Assembly: GCF_964355755.1 (NCBI RefSeq)
Contig: NC_092679.1
Span: forward strand, 12,507,432-12,571,431
From: Antedon mediterranea
Taxonomy: Eukaryota; Animalia; Echinodermata
Length of the DNA: 64,000 nucleotides
Direction of reading: 5' to 3'
Shown: positions 41,665 to 54,158 of the stretch, piece by piece
How the letters are laid out: the number at the start of each line of letters is the position of its first letter
Position numbering within the stretch: the stretch's first letter is position 1
Translations under genes and position numbers: made by a program
Notes under the pieces: model-generated
Seen by the model: only the letters and a program-made list of their open reading frames with translations
Told to the model about the DNA's origin: nothing
Databases searched by the model: none

Positions 41665-42289
41665 AGACACTTTCCCTACAATTTGTGACGTTTTGTAAAA
41701 ATAATACATATATATTACTTTAAAAACATTAAACCAGGTCATTCCTTGTCTTAAATGTACGTTTTATGGTAAATTAGGATAAAAAGTGAGAAACAATGCA
41801 CTATCTAAGTAGCTCGCGGCGACTGACCTCTCGTGGACGGTCTTTAGGCCTAGCCTAGCTAGGCTTAGTTTTGTAGGCCTAGCTGGTAAACATCGGTAAC
41901 GTACGAACATCGTACGCTAGCTATATACCTAGCCTGACGTTGTATAGTTGCTGCATTAATTTCTTTCTATTTTTGACAGACTCCGTTGATACAAATTGGG
42001 GAAAACCCGGTATTTTCGCTGAAAAGTTAGGAGGTTTCCATTTGTTTCGGCCTCACGATCGATTGAAAAGTGGGTGAATTACAGAAGAAAAACAGAAATA
42101 TCAATCCGCGCGCAATGCATTTTGGGATTTATAGCGGGCCGCTATAATTATTAGAATCGACTTATTTTTCACATTTTTTACCATTTAAAGACGAAAAAAG
42201 TTATCACAATAGGACCATAAAGTATTATTTTTACATTAAATATAGTTTGTGATCTTAAAATAGATCTAAAAATGGTAGGGAAGGTGTCT
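41665..42289 (+). mobile_element. Kolobok-like non-autonomous element, 625 bp, complete
   Basis: TTAA TSD at 41661-41664 and 42290-42293. TIR AGACACTTTCCCTAC / GTAGGGAAGGTGTCT (1 mismatch), with purine-purine termini. Confidence 0.88.
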
Positions 42290-43063
42290 TTAACATGATT
42301 GAGTCTGGAGTTTAATCCTGACCTATAGTGCCAGGGCTGAACTCACGACTGGTTCAACTCCACCCCCTAAGCCTCAAATAAGACTTCAGCACAATACATC
42401 GATAAAATAGTTTATTCATCCTATAATTGGCGAGTTTCTCACTGTTGGAGGCCCATTCCAATACTGAATCTACCCTAAAAAAAGTGATTGTCATTCTAAC
42501 ACTGTATTCCATCACATGTACTGTAATAAACATATAAATAAAACTTAAACTTAATCAATCACTTTGATCAATTTGAGAAGACTTCTAATTTTCTCTTGTC
42601 TTGATGAATAGTATGGTATTAATTCTTATGTTTTAAAGATGGGATTTTAAGAGAAGCTATAGCCTCTAACTAAACTGTTTCCTCTTTTCAATTATTTAGC
42701 AAAATGCTTGCAAAGTATTTGCCAATTGGTTTGTAAGTTAGTTTGCATGATAACATCCACAATTTCAAAGTTATCTTCCTGAATAATTCTTTTGGGAAAT
42801 AAGTATACCAACAGTGGTAGGAAAATTGGAATATTTGTTTTGAAAGTTGATTAAAATCTTGAGTTGAATTTGTTATCTTCCATAACAATTGGCTGAAATA
42901 TTAAATGACACATCCTCTGTCACTTTTTGCATTTAACCTAGTATTACAATCAGTTTGTGCTTAATTTTTTAATCAAATACACATTGATTTGTATGTTTAA
43001 AGATATGCAGTATTTTTGGTTATGGTTGTAGGATAATTTTAAGTGAAAATCTGGTATATAACC

Positions 43064-43625
43064 TGCCCTAAATTTGGCTGTTTCATTGGCATTATTGATA
43101 TACGTTAATCGAGAATATAAAGATATTCAAAACTAATCATATTATGCTGAACAATATATCTATAACTATGATGGAATTCATTGTTGGCCAGTAGATGAAT
43201 ATACAAATGAGCAGAAAGTGATTTTTAAATGAAAGTCATGTATAAAAATCTCCCCTGAAATTTGGCTGTTTCAACTTACGTATTGGCATTATTGATATAC
43301 TTTGATTGAGATATAAAGATATTCAAAACTAATCATATTATACTGAACAATATATCTTTAACTATGATAGAATTCATTGTTGCCCAGTAGATGAATATAC
43401 AACTGAGCAGAAAGTAATTTATAAATAAAAATGTATAAAAGTCGCCCTAAATTTGGCTGTTTCAACTTACATATTGTATTGGCATTATTGATATAATTTG
43501 ATTGAGATATAAAGATATTCACAACTAATAACTAATCATATTATACTGAACAATATATCTTTAACTATGATGGAATTCTATGTTGCCCTGCTGTAGATGA
43601 ATACACAATCGAGCTAATAGCAATT
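43064..43625. repeat. Tandem repeat, 3 x ~188 bp
   Basis: CCCT.AAATTTGGCTGTTTCA..ATTGGCATTATTGATATA..AAGATATTCA.AACTAAT..CAGTAGATGAATA recurs near 43065, 43252 and 43444. Confidence 0.9.
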
Positions 43626-44143
43626 TAAATATGTGTTGCTTATTTATGCGATCGTAATTGTAAGTTCTGTCTTTACATGCAAGAAAATATAGTGTATAAT
43701 CTTTTTCTCTTTTATCGATTTATCAGAGTTGTTGCCATCGCAAACAAACCAAATAAACAGTATTTCAAATTATCGTGTGATTGCTTACGGGACTCATACT
43801 TGCAGATTGAATTTTCGACTATGTATATTACAGATTTTATTTTATTGAATTTGCCATAACAAAAATTACAGAAAAATACAACACACTGTACAAAGGAAAT
43901 AAATTGGATTGTCCTTTAGTAGACATACCGTATTGTGAAAGATATACTCTTGCCAGTTCGAACGTGTCCACATAAAAAAAACGATTTTTTAACACGATCT
44001 TGGTCGAAAAATACCGGTTTTTTTAAATGTTTTAGTGAAGCGGTTTTTAGGTACAAAAAACAACACGATCTTTATCATTAAAAACGGTTTCAGAGGAAAC
44101 TGTTCTTTTGAAATTTTTCAGTAGAGACCCTTAATTACTGTTA

Positions 44144-44972
44144 GGCCCTGTTTCTGCTTCGAAAAATATACCGTATATATACGGTATATTTTATATACGG
44201 TATATTTTTTGGCAGCAGAAATGGGTCTCATAAAAAATATACCGTATATATATGCGGTATATATACCGCATAAATATCCCCATTGTTTGTGGATATTATA
44301 CGGTATATTCCAAAATATATACCGTATATGTGACCCGGCCCATGACACGAGGTCAAAAACTAACAGAGCGTGACGCGTTTGTTTTTCTGCTGCATTGACA
44401 CACACGTGTATAATAAGCAAGCAACAGATCAAAATATCACTGTGGACTGAAGAAATAACTATTTTTGCAATTCAATTGTGGGGAGAAGCGAAGGTTGGGG
44501 GGGAGACTACATGGCAACAGAAGAGATACCGAGATTTACAAAAGTATCTCAAACAAAATAAAAGCAGAATTTGTGGTAGACTTAATAACGCCAAAGTTAT
44601 CGGCAAACGCCGTCGTCTTCTTTGCATAAATGTAGTCAATGCCCATTCTACATTTCTAGATTGTTTGTGCGATGTAAATTCGTTGCCACTTCTGCTCATT
44701 AGATTTAAAATAGAAAGCAATGCTAAGACGTTTTTAGAAACCATCATTGTTTTGTTTTTGTCATGTAACCTCACTACACGAGACTCTAGGTCAATCCATA
44801 CTTCCGTCTCACAAAATGCATTTTGGGTATATGAAAGCCAACTTTTTTTACAGCCCACCCACGAAGTATGTGCAGCGGAAACGGTGCACGAATTTCATAT
44901 ACGGTATATATACGGTATATTTATATGGTATATTTATACGGTATATTTGGGATTGGCAGCAGAAACAGGGCC
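44144..44972. mobile_element. PIF/Harbinger-like MITE, 829 bp
   Basis: 15-bp TIR GGCCCTGTTTCTGCT / AGCAGAAACAGGGCC, TTA TSD on both sides, and palindromic ATATACCGTATATATACGGTATAT arrays in both arms. Confidence 0.9.
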
Positions 44973-47709
44973 TTAGAAGCTTTTACTTTACTGTCATATT
45001 TTAGATAGGTGTATGTTATGCCTTTCCTTCAGTAGGTTTGTAAAATGAATAAAAATTTAAATGAAACCGAAATAAATATACAGTTAAATTATTATATATT
45101 TACTAATAATTAGCTGCACCTGTGGACTACAGTTGTGGACTACAGTTGTGTGTTGGTATTTAACATTGGCAACTAACAACTGGATATTGATCATTGAGCA
45201 AATAGCTTTTTGGCAGTTTTAGTATTTTCATTTTTGCATTTTTAGTAATTATTGTATTAGTGATTAATTGTTGTATAAAACAAAATACATATTAATCAAC
45301 TAAGGACTTTATTTTATTATTTATTTATTTCTCTTCTACCTCAGTGTATCAAACAAATCTATCAAGGCTTTGATATTGATTTAAATAATGTCAAAATATT
45401 TGTACAGTAATAAACATGCTGAAATAAATCAACATCTTGCACCCTAGATTAGTTTAGTTAATAGTTATAGTAGAATTTGGACAAGAAAAGAGGCAGCGAT
45501 ATCACAGAGCCAGGCAGCTGGTGCCAGGCACAGTAAAACAAAGTAAAAGTTGTGAATATTTTATTCTCCGCTAAATCCCCCACCTACTCTGTTCTGTAAA
45601 GATGTAAATAGCTAAGATAAGACCCATTTCACACAGGAAATGGTACAATTATTTCATTATTGCCTTCTTGGTGAACAGTACAGTCTGGTCTATAAGTCTA
45701 CAGTCTATAAGGTTGGCTTGTTTTTTTTTCTAGCTTTTAGCCGTTGCTATTACCACAGACAAGATTTTTTTTCAAGCCAAAATAAATTATTTTTATTATA
45801 TATAATATAGGCTCATTTCTACAGTGTCAAGTACTGTATACACAAGCAGGAAAAGGCACCCTCAATAAATACTATTTTGCACTGAAAATCGTTATATTCC
45901 CAGCATTATAGTCTGATGTGAGTTATATACCGGTAAACGGCATTAACGATACTAAAAGCTTCTATAACAGCATTTTGCCAGCATGCCTTTATGAATGGTG
46001 AACCGATATCAGCACCGCACATATAACATTAAAAACATTGTGTAAGGGAAAATGTAATGCTTTTTTGTTTATTAAAAATGGATTCAATATACTGCTGTTA
46101 ACATTCATATATACAGTCGTCCAGATTATAAGATGAACAATTTATTTAGCTTAGCAAAACATGAAAGCGAAGCTAAAAATATGTAGATCCACGCTTAAGA
46201 TAAGTATCATATAACAAAATTACTAAAGGTTTATGAAGGCTGATGAAAATCGTGTTTCAGAAATAAAAACCATCTTGTCCATATTAATAATATTCTAAAG
46301 ATGATTGAATATCATTTAATCTATCTGCATTTATTTTATACAAGTTGCAATCGGTTTTTTTTTGCTCAAATTGACATCGTTCATTGAAAACTTTGATTGG
46401 TTGATTTATTCGTATCTTGTATAGGAACTGTTGATGTAATTCAATCCATACATCAAAAGGGTTTTTCATTGCAGTTATAAGAAAAGATTGTAGTGAGTAG
46501 TTGTCTACTTAAAAACCTTCATTATTGAATGAAATTAAAATTTCACTTAACCCACAATCAGTTGAGGTCAAATATCTGTGTGGAAGGACTAGGTGTGTGT
46601 TAATCCCATTTTTTTCTTGATTTGTGTAAAGGAGACAAGGATATCACACAAACTTATGAAGTGAGGCACAGTAAAAAACGTAAAAGCTGGGAATATCCAC
46701 TCAACAATTATTTATTGTATTTATTTACATAAAATACAGTTTGTGACGTTAAATTAGATCAGAAAAAAACGTAGGAAAAGGAGACCATAATGCCTTTTCT
46801 TCAAGACTTTTATTAACTTTAAAGCAATACTATTGACTTAAGAAAGATATTCCTGAACATATTCTTTTGATTAGGGGAATGTGCTGTGTTCCACACAGAA
46901 TTGCGGCAATATCCCAGTAAGCAAACCGGTATTATTGCCGGTCTAGACCCATTCACATAGAAGGTAATAATTACAGGTTTCTGTGTGAAAGGCCACAGTG
47001 AAAGGCTGAATATTTAAAGATTAATGTATTTATAAAATAGAGGTCGCATTAAAAAAAAAAAAATGGCAGGCAGCAATGACAAAACATGCCATGTGCGCAC
47101 ATGTGTTTGCTGATGTTGTTTTGTGTGTCCGTCGTTTAGTTTTATTGGTTTTAATTTATGCTGAATAAAACCTATACTTTTGCCCAAAACCACTCTGTGC
47201 TAATAACTGCCTGATTGTGAAACAGAAACAAAAATTAGGCCTACAAATAGATGCAAATTTATGAGCTAGCATAGAACAACACTAACTACTACTACTAATC
47301 TAATAATTTAATAGGCATAAAATAAAATAATAACCTTTCTCAAGGAAATTGTCCCAAATTTAACCTTGGTTTGTTGTAATGCTTTGCTGTGTAAGCAGGC
47401 GTTATATCGTGGACCCTTCACACAGATCAGGCTTACGACCGAATTTTACTATGCCTAGAGGCGGTCTAAGGAAGGCAGCAATAAGGGGTTTTTACCCTTT
47501 CACACATAGGCCGGCGTTCACAAATTACCGCAATATTACCGTCTTACAGCTCTGTCTGAAAGGGCTAGTGAGTAACTATAACACATGTGGCGCGACTAGA
47601 ATGTTGACTGCGTGTTTGAAAACCTGTAATGTCATGCTATCTATGTTGTATTCTGTGTCCAAATACATTTCTGTATTCTCGAATTGTCCTCTCATTAAGT
47701 AGGTGTCTA

Positions 47710-47852
47710 TTGTGTAAAACAAAATATGAATCTTTTATATTCGTGCAGTAGTGCAAATAATTTTATTTAAAGTGAAAGATTAAATGTTCTATTTTCATCT
47801 CATGAAATTATTTCAGCCATTGCACTCACAAACATTCATTATTTGTATACTA
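47710..47852. mobile_element. Degenerate Crypton-like palindrome related to 52361-52536
   Basis: AAAACAAAATATGAAT..TATTCGTGCAGTAGTGCAAATAAT ... CCATTGCACTCACAAACATTCATTATTTGTATA. The centre differs from the 52361 copy. Confidence 0.6.
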
Positions 47853-48842
47853 TTGAATTTATTCGAATGAATCTGAACAAAAATGTGAACATTGTAAGGA
47901 TGTAAAACATCATATTTCAGCACCTTTTATCTTTTACTATTTTAGTAAATAGACTTTATTTGAACTTTACACTTTTTTTCTTAATGAAGACCACACTGCA
48001 AGAATGGTTTCATCGGAAGGCACAGGTAGATATTGTGTCTGTGTTTTTTGTGTTCACATTGTCAGCAGATTATTATAGTATTTTGCACACCATATTTCAA
48101 GTTATAGTTTGCACAAGAATTCACATACAGTAGAACCCCTATTAAGGGGATACCTTTGAGTGTCCACTAAATTCTAGACTGGGGGAATGGAGATTAATTA
48201 ATAACTTTCACTATGAACATGCAAATACAGTAATCACTGTTTATTTGTGTATGTTCTAGTTTAAAATTTGTATTGATATTGAATAATATATGAGAATGAT
48301 CCATGAAATTCTATGTAAACATCTTGTATTGGATATATATTCCATTATTTTGTTACGTTAAGTAACATAACATAATTTTGGCTAAATTCAGACAGAAGGC
48401 TTTGGTAATTATTAATGTAACCAGAGTATAATTCCACACTTTAATTTTCACAAAATTTCATAACCAAGGCATCTGGGATTATACTCGGTATTAATTGTGA
48501 ATGGAAAAAATAAATGATACATTTTTTAGAAAACAATCAAATTAAATCACTTTAATAATCCTACACAAAATGCCTATAGGTAAAAGTAAATTAATATATA
48601 AATTCATTTGTGCTTCTAAATTTACATGTGCACTTTTATATATAATTTGATTGGCCTTATGCTAACAAATTTGATACTATCAAATTTCAATATTGGTCCT
48701 GAAAATCACTATTTAATAACACCCATCATGATCTATTTATCAATTACTGCATCAATATTCCTTTCATTTATCCAGAGTTAGCCTGCTACCTTTCTATAAA
48801 ATGCTCTTTAGTCGGCTGGCAGTGGATGAACTCATGAACTAA

Positions 48843-49006
48843 AGCTACATTCACACTCAGTCTTGAGTTTTTTTCGGTGGCCTGAGAAAACTCCGGGCAA
48901 TATATGGTGATGAATTCACACACACTGAAATGAGTGTAAACTGACCTTTGATCAGATTTTTTATCTAACCATCGGACTATAATCTGGGCTCAATGTGAAC
49001 GTAACT
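48843..49006. mobile_element. Harbinger-like MITE, 164 bp
   Basis: TAA|AGCTACATTCACACTCAG ... CTCAATGTGAACGTAACT|TAA. Confidence 0.65.
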
Positions 49007-49030
49007 TAAATATGGTATTTTGTTTTGTAC

Positions 49031-49183
49031 AGCTTGGTTCCCACTAGGATGCAACACAACATGCTTGCAAGAAAAGTTATTTGACCAATCACAAGCAATA
49101 AATTATTAACTGGCGCTAGTCATTGGTCAACTTTTTTGCATTGCATCAATGTCTTGAATTGCATCCCTAGTGTGAACCAAACT
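49031..49183. mobile_element. Copy of the 4700-4873 MITE family
   Basis: AGCTTGGTTCCCACTAGGATGCAA..TTGACCAATCACAAGC..CATTGGTCAA..TTGCATCCCTAGTGTGAACCAAACT. Confidence 0.8.
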
Positions 49184-50244
49184 TAAAATACCACCCAATT
49201 TATCAAATGATTTTGGTAGCCAAATTTCCAACATAGAATGCATGTTGATTATATATGATGTTGATATTTGTGATCTATTTTCAGTATAGATTTTGTAATC
49301 CTATTTTTAGATTTGATATTATGCTGGTTACCAAAATCATATGAGCATCTTTAGTATTATTTATTCATTCCAGTATTCACAGTATAAATAGTTTTTTCAT
49401 TTTCGTATTTACTAAAAAATTTTGATTTCAGTTTTAATAGAAATATTTGTTTCACTGAATGCTGCAGTCTGTAAAATTGTTTTCACTTTCCGATCAATCA
49501 GTGTTTGTGTTTACTAAGTAATATCATTTTTCTTTTTTATCTTAATGTATATAATCCTCTCTTTCTCTCCCTCTATATATGGTTATTATATTTCTTGATA
49601 TTATTCATATTTTTGTATATATCTTTTTTATTTATAGTATTTTTCAATAAGAAGCGTAATTGTATTTCTGTGTATTTTAAAATGTATATGTTGTACATAT
49701 ATGTATGTTTTTATTACCAACGTAGTTCTAATCATATTTGAGCTACAAGTTAGCAGGGACATATATAATGATATATGTATTGTGTTCTTTTATATGTACA
49801 TTGTAATTTTCATTTCCCAATAACTGATTTTCCAAATTACATAGCATATCCAGAATGAAATGCAATCATTCTCAAGAACGTGAATCAATTCTTGAAATGA
49901 AATATAGAAAGAAAAAAAAAATCTTAAATTCACTGCAGATAATGAGACATGTTTCACAACAATATATTATTTTCTGAAATTGCTTTTTGATTTAAAAATT
50001 GTAAACATGAATTTGTTATATTAATGTGTAGCTATGTCAGGATGGGAAAAAGTAAGTTTATGGTCCAAGAGAAGGTAGTTATTTAAGCATGATTTCCACT
50101 ATAGTTAAATTTATTCACATGAATAAAATGTTTCTGCCTAGAAAGCAATGTTGCTACCCTCTATTTCCTAAAATACTTAGTACTATAATAGGTTTTGTTC
50201 TGGATAGGATATCTAGAATATCGCGTTGGGTGCTGTATCGACTG

Positions 50245-50495
50245 AGAGTGTGTGGCCTAGTGTATTAGAAGTTGGATCACAAGATTGAGAATTTTAGTCC
50301 AATACATTGCCTGTGTTCTTAGGCAAGACAATTTACTTATCTTTGCCTCTCTCCACCCAGGTGTACAAGTTAGTACCTGGTTTGGTCAAAGCACAAACTG
50401 CGCTGAGTACTGGCTGCAATGAAAGTACAATAATAACACCAGGGTAATATTGTAAAAGCGTCATTTGAACATATGGAATTTGCACTATAGAAATG
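50245..50495 (+). mobile_element. Degenerate tRNA-derived SINE with LINE-like tail
   Basis: A-box-like GTGGCCTAGTG, body TGTGTTCTTAGGCAAGACAATTTACT..TGCCTCTCTCCACCCAGGTGTA..GTACCTG, tail TGTAAAAGCG..TTGAACA..GCACTATAGAAAT. Confidence 0.7.
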
Positions 50496-52220
50496 AATAC
50501 ATTAATCTCTAACAAAAGTTCATTAACATTATTTGACTGTAATTAGAAAGTAATAATTAATGTTGTCTATTGTGCTAATGAACTTCTTATTCTCAAAGGG
50601 TTTCATTTTTAGATAACATAATAGAGATAACATAATGGTTAGTTTGGATTCCTCCAGTGTTTTCCCTACACGATATCACACAAGTGAGTGCATCACAGAA
50701 GAAAATCGAAAATATCATTCCATGCGAGATACATGCTCATGTTTTTAGAGGGCTGCTTAAATTATTAGAAGTTATTTTTCACATGTAGTATTTAATTTGT
50801 TTAAAAATAGTGTTCTATTGTTTTTTAAACGCCAACAAAATTTAACTTTATAGAGGAGGTATTAGCAATGTTTTACACTTTACGACTTTACCTGCAAACC
50901 ATTTATAAATTGTGTATGTGACATTATCTTTTTTTTTAATACAATTTTTATTTCATCAACAGGAATAATTATACTTTCTATCATTTCACTATTAAGATGG
51001 TCAATAACCATAGTAATTAGCAATGTTTAGGTGCATAAATGAGTGTCCCACTTGTACGATATTGAGCTAGAACTACAAATTGCCCTTAAGACTTCAATTC
51101 TGTAGCAAAGTATTCCTCTGCGATTTATATGTTCTTCATTGTATAAAAAAATAAGATGACCTAGCATATTTCTTTGATAATATCTTGCGGCATAAAATTT
51201 AAATTGCTATGTATTAGATGTTGTATCTGATTCACAGATGATTCATGGATATATATGTATACTAAAAATGATGTGAATACAAGTCACATAATTAGCTCAA
51301 TAACTCTCAATTATCAACAAATTTCTTTCTGGAATTTTAATAAGTGTAAATTTTCATGCAAATAGAAAAGGATGTGCTGTCAATCTAAAACATTCAATGA
51401 AATAAATGTTAACAACTTAAGAAATATGTTCTAGATACATTTATAATGAGAGTTACTTAAATTCATTGTGTTTCATCGACATTTATAAAACTTGTGAAAT
51501 TTGTTTTCCAGAAACAAAATAGTTATTTAAAATTACACCAAAGAAAAAGTGTAAAAGTATTTATTTGTTCTTTCCTTTAAATTTATTATTTTTTTACTCC
51601 CATTGATTATGAGTGGCCATAGCAGTTCAGACACGCATGCTCGTTGTACTTGCACAACACTTGTTGTGTAATCCAGGTTGGTTGCAGTTTGACTTGTAGG
51701 AACCCTTACAGGCAATGAATGTTGTTGTATATGTAAACATCCACTGCATTTTTAAACGATTGTCACTGTATAAAGCTAATTCCAAATAGATTATCCATTA
51801 TGGTAAAGGTTTTTTTGACAATGCCTAGCTTGCTTCATTTTTGCATTCGTTTATTATTAATTGTTGTTTCCAATACTTTTAAATTTGCAAAAAGATTTAC
51901 ATTTCTGTTGAAATTTCAGGCACAGTTTGCGATATGCTTTATTAAACCTTGAATAAACTTGGATAAAAGACAAGCAAAATCTCTTGGTAAAACAGTGTAG
52001 ACTAAACATCATTAGTTTCACATTTTGACATAATCATTAAGGAGTTATCATAACACATTAGTATGTTCTAGACTAATCACCCCTTAGGACCTAGTCTGAC
52101 CATTGAAGGTTTAGTGTGTAACTTTCTAGGTTGAACAATTTTATTTCTTCACCAAATAAAATTTAATTCATGTCACTTCAAGTGTACATTCAGTTCACCT
52201 ATCACTTTAATAATCTGTTT

Positions 52221-52536
52221 TATATAACACCTATATAAATTCCTGTCATTTGATTGGACGAATGTGGGTCACATGGCGTGCAATAGTACGCACTATTCAA
52301 CGATCGTTAAATAGTACTTTTTGAAACATTTTTGTGTACGAAAAAAAAACGTCTAGATGTTATATAAAACAAATAATGAATGTTTTGTATTCGTGTAATG
52401 GTACAAATAATGGCACTTGGTGAATGATGAAAGGTTATATCAACTCGGCTTTGCCTCGTTGATATAACCTTTCATCATTCACCTCGTGCCATTATTTGTA
52501 CCATTGCACTCATAAACATTCATTATTTGTATAATA
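52221..52536. mobile_element. Crypton-like non-autonomous element with a long terminal palindrome
   Basis: Head CCTGTCATTTGATTGG..TCACATG. Arms of ~75 bp (52361-52536) surround a centre AACTCGGCTTTGCCTCGTT. No TSD is seen. Confidence 0.68.
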
Positions 52537-52540
52537 AGTC

Positions 52541-52694
52541 ATTACAATAGGCCCATTACAATAGGCCCATTACAATAGGCCCATTACAATAGGCCCATTA
52601 CAATAGGCCCATTACAATAGGCCCATTACAATAGGCCCATTACAATAAGCCCATTACAATAGGCCCATTACAATAGGCCCATTACAATAAGCCC
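52541..52694. repeat. Minisatellite, 11 x 14 bp ATTACAATAGGCCC
   Basis: Eleven consecutive units; two carry a G>A change (units at 52639 and 52681). Confidence 0.97.
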
Positions 52695-53270
52695 ATCATA
52701 ATTAAATTGCATTGTGTCTATCTAGTTTTTAAATATATTTTTCTCCTAAAAAAAAATTTACTTTTTTGTTTTTATTTCCATTTTATTGTCACATACTGCA
52801 ATAGAATATTAATTTTGATTACAAATTGCATCAATAAAAATTATTACATGTTTTTGGTTGAATTTATAATCGTTTATTTTGTCTCTTTTTAAGTTGCAAT
52901 ATTTTTTTTCACTTTTTTTAATTTTTCATGTTTTTCGGGGACAATACATCTCTAAATATATATTATACAAATTTCATAGTACCTCAATGACAATAAATCT
53001 GATCATGCATTTCAATGCAACCTAACAAAACTTTATGCAGATCATGATATTAAAGAGAATAAATTTATTGTGTCTTGCATTAATATTATATGGATTTAAT
53101 TAATTCAATGACATTTCAACCAATGATTTTAGGCTGATTATTAATGGTTTTCTGAATAACCTGAAGGAAAAATGGAATGCAATATCAACTTATATACCAT
53201 GGCCAAAAATGATTGATCTACCCCCTGCGAATGTAGGTGTACTTGATTCTAAGAAACATCTAAAAATAAC

Positions 53271-53803
53271 GAACTACACAAATATAACACTAGGAACGCA
53301 AACAACTACATTTCCAAAAACTATAGCAGTAAGCAAATACTTAACTCTATACTACATACTGGTCCCCTACTCTGGAACTCTCTTAATCCGTCAATAACTA
53401 ATAGCAAAACAAATAATACTCTAAAAATAAACTACAAATCTTATCTAATATCAAAATATAAAGTAAATTAATTATTTTGATCATATTAATAACTTATAAT
53501 TAAATTTAATTAGGCAAATCATATAAATACAGTTTGTCCTTCCTGTCGTCCTTGTCGTGATTGTATCGTCGTACATGTCCGTCCCTGTCTGTCAGTAGCT
53601 AACCTTCACCTTATGCTTATTATTATTATTTTTAACTTTTTTATTCTTTCTGGTGGATCCAGGCTTAAAGCCCCTTGGGGTTTAAATGGTATTCTCCAGG
53701 CATAATGCAACTATTATTTACTTAATTTCCAACCACTTGTATCTTTTATATTTTGTATATGTTTGCATTATGTGAATAAATTTGAACTTGAACTTGAACT
53801 TGA
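53271..53803 (+). mobile_element. 5'-truncated CR1/L2-group LINE (ORF2 C-terminus + 3' UTR)
   Basis: The frame from 53277 reads HKYNTRNANNYISKNYSSKQILNSILHTGPLLWNSL, with the HxYNTR and GPxLWNSL motifs. Then a 3' stem-loop AAAGCCCCTTGGGGTTT, AATAAA and a (TTGAAC)n tail. Confidence 0.8.
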
Positions 53804-54019
53804 TCTCAAATAAATCGATAATTCTCAAATTTATAGATCGAAGTTAGATATTTATGTTTCTAGATGAGAAATAGAACTAGAAAACTGAAATCGTGAAATC
53901 TTGAATTTTGTAGATCAACAAAATCTCAGATATTTAAATTTCTGGATCTATAAGACTTTTGAAATCCTTTTCGTGCAACCTAAGTATATATTTTACTATG
54001 TAAATTTTTTTTTTTTAAC

Positions 54020-54158
54020 TTTTTAACTTTTTAATGTTGTAAATTTTGATGTTTGAAAGCTTGTACCAATTTTATATGTAAATCTCTCGCAATTCAGTTT
54101 TATTTTATATATACTGCAAAGAGAAATATTGAATAAAAGCAGAATGAATGAATGAATG
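54020..54158 (+). mobile_element. LINE 3' end remnant
   Basis: CTCTCGCAATTCAGT..ACTGCAAAGAG stem, AATAAA and (GAAT)n tail. Confidence 0.5.

Noticed and set aside
44395-44976. 193-aa ORF and overlapping 128/104/85-aa ORFs
   Set aside because: Inside a MITE, non-ATG start, no recognisable transposase or other domain.
47916-47924. REST/RE1 half-site TTCAGCACC (also reverse near 34362)
   Set aside because: The GGACAG half is missing at the proper spacing.
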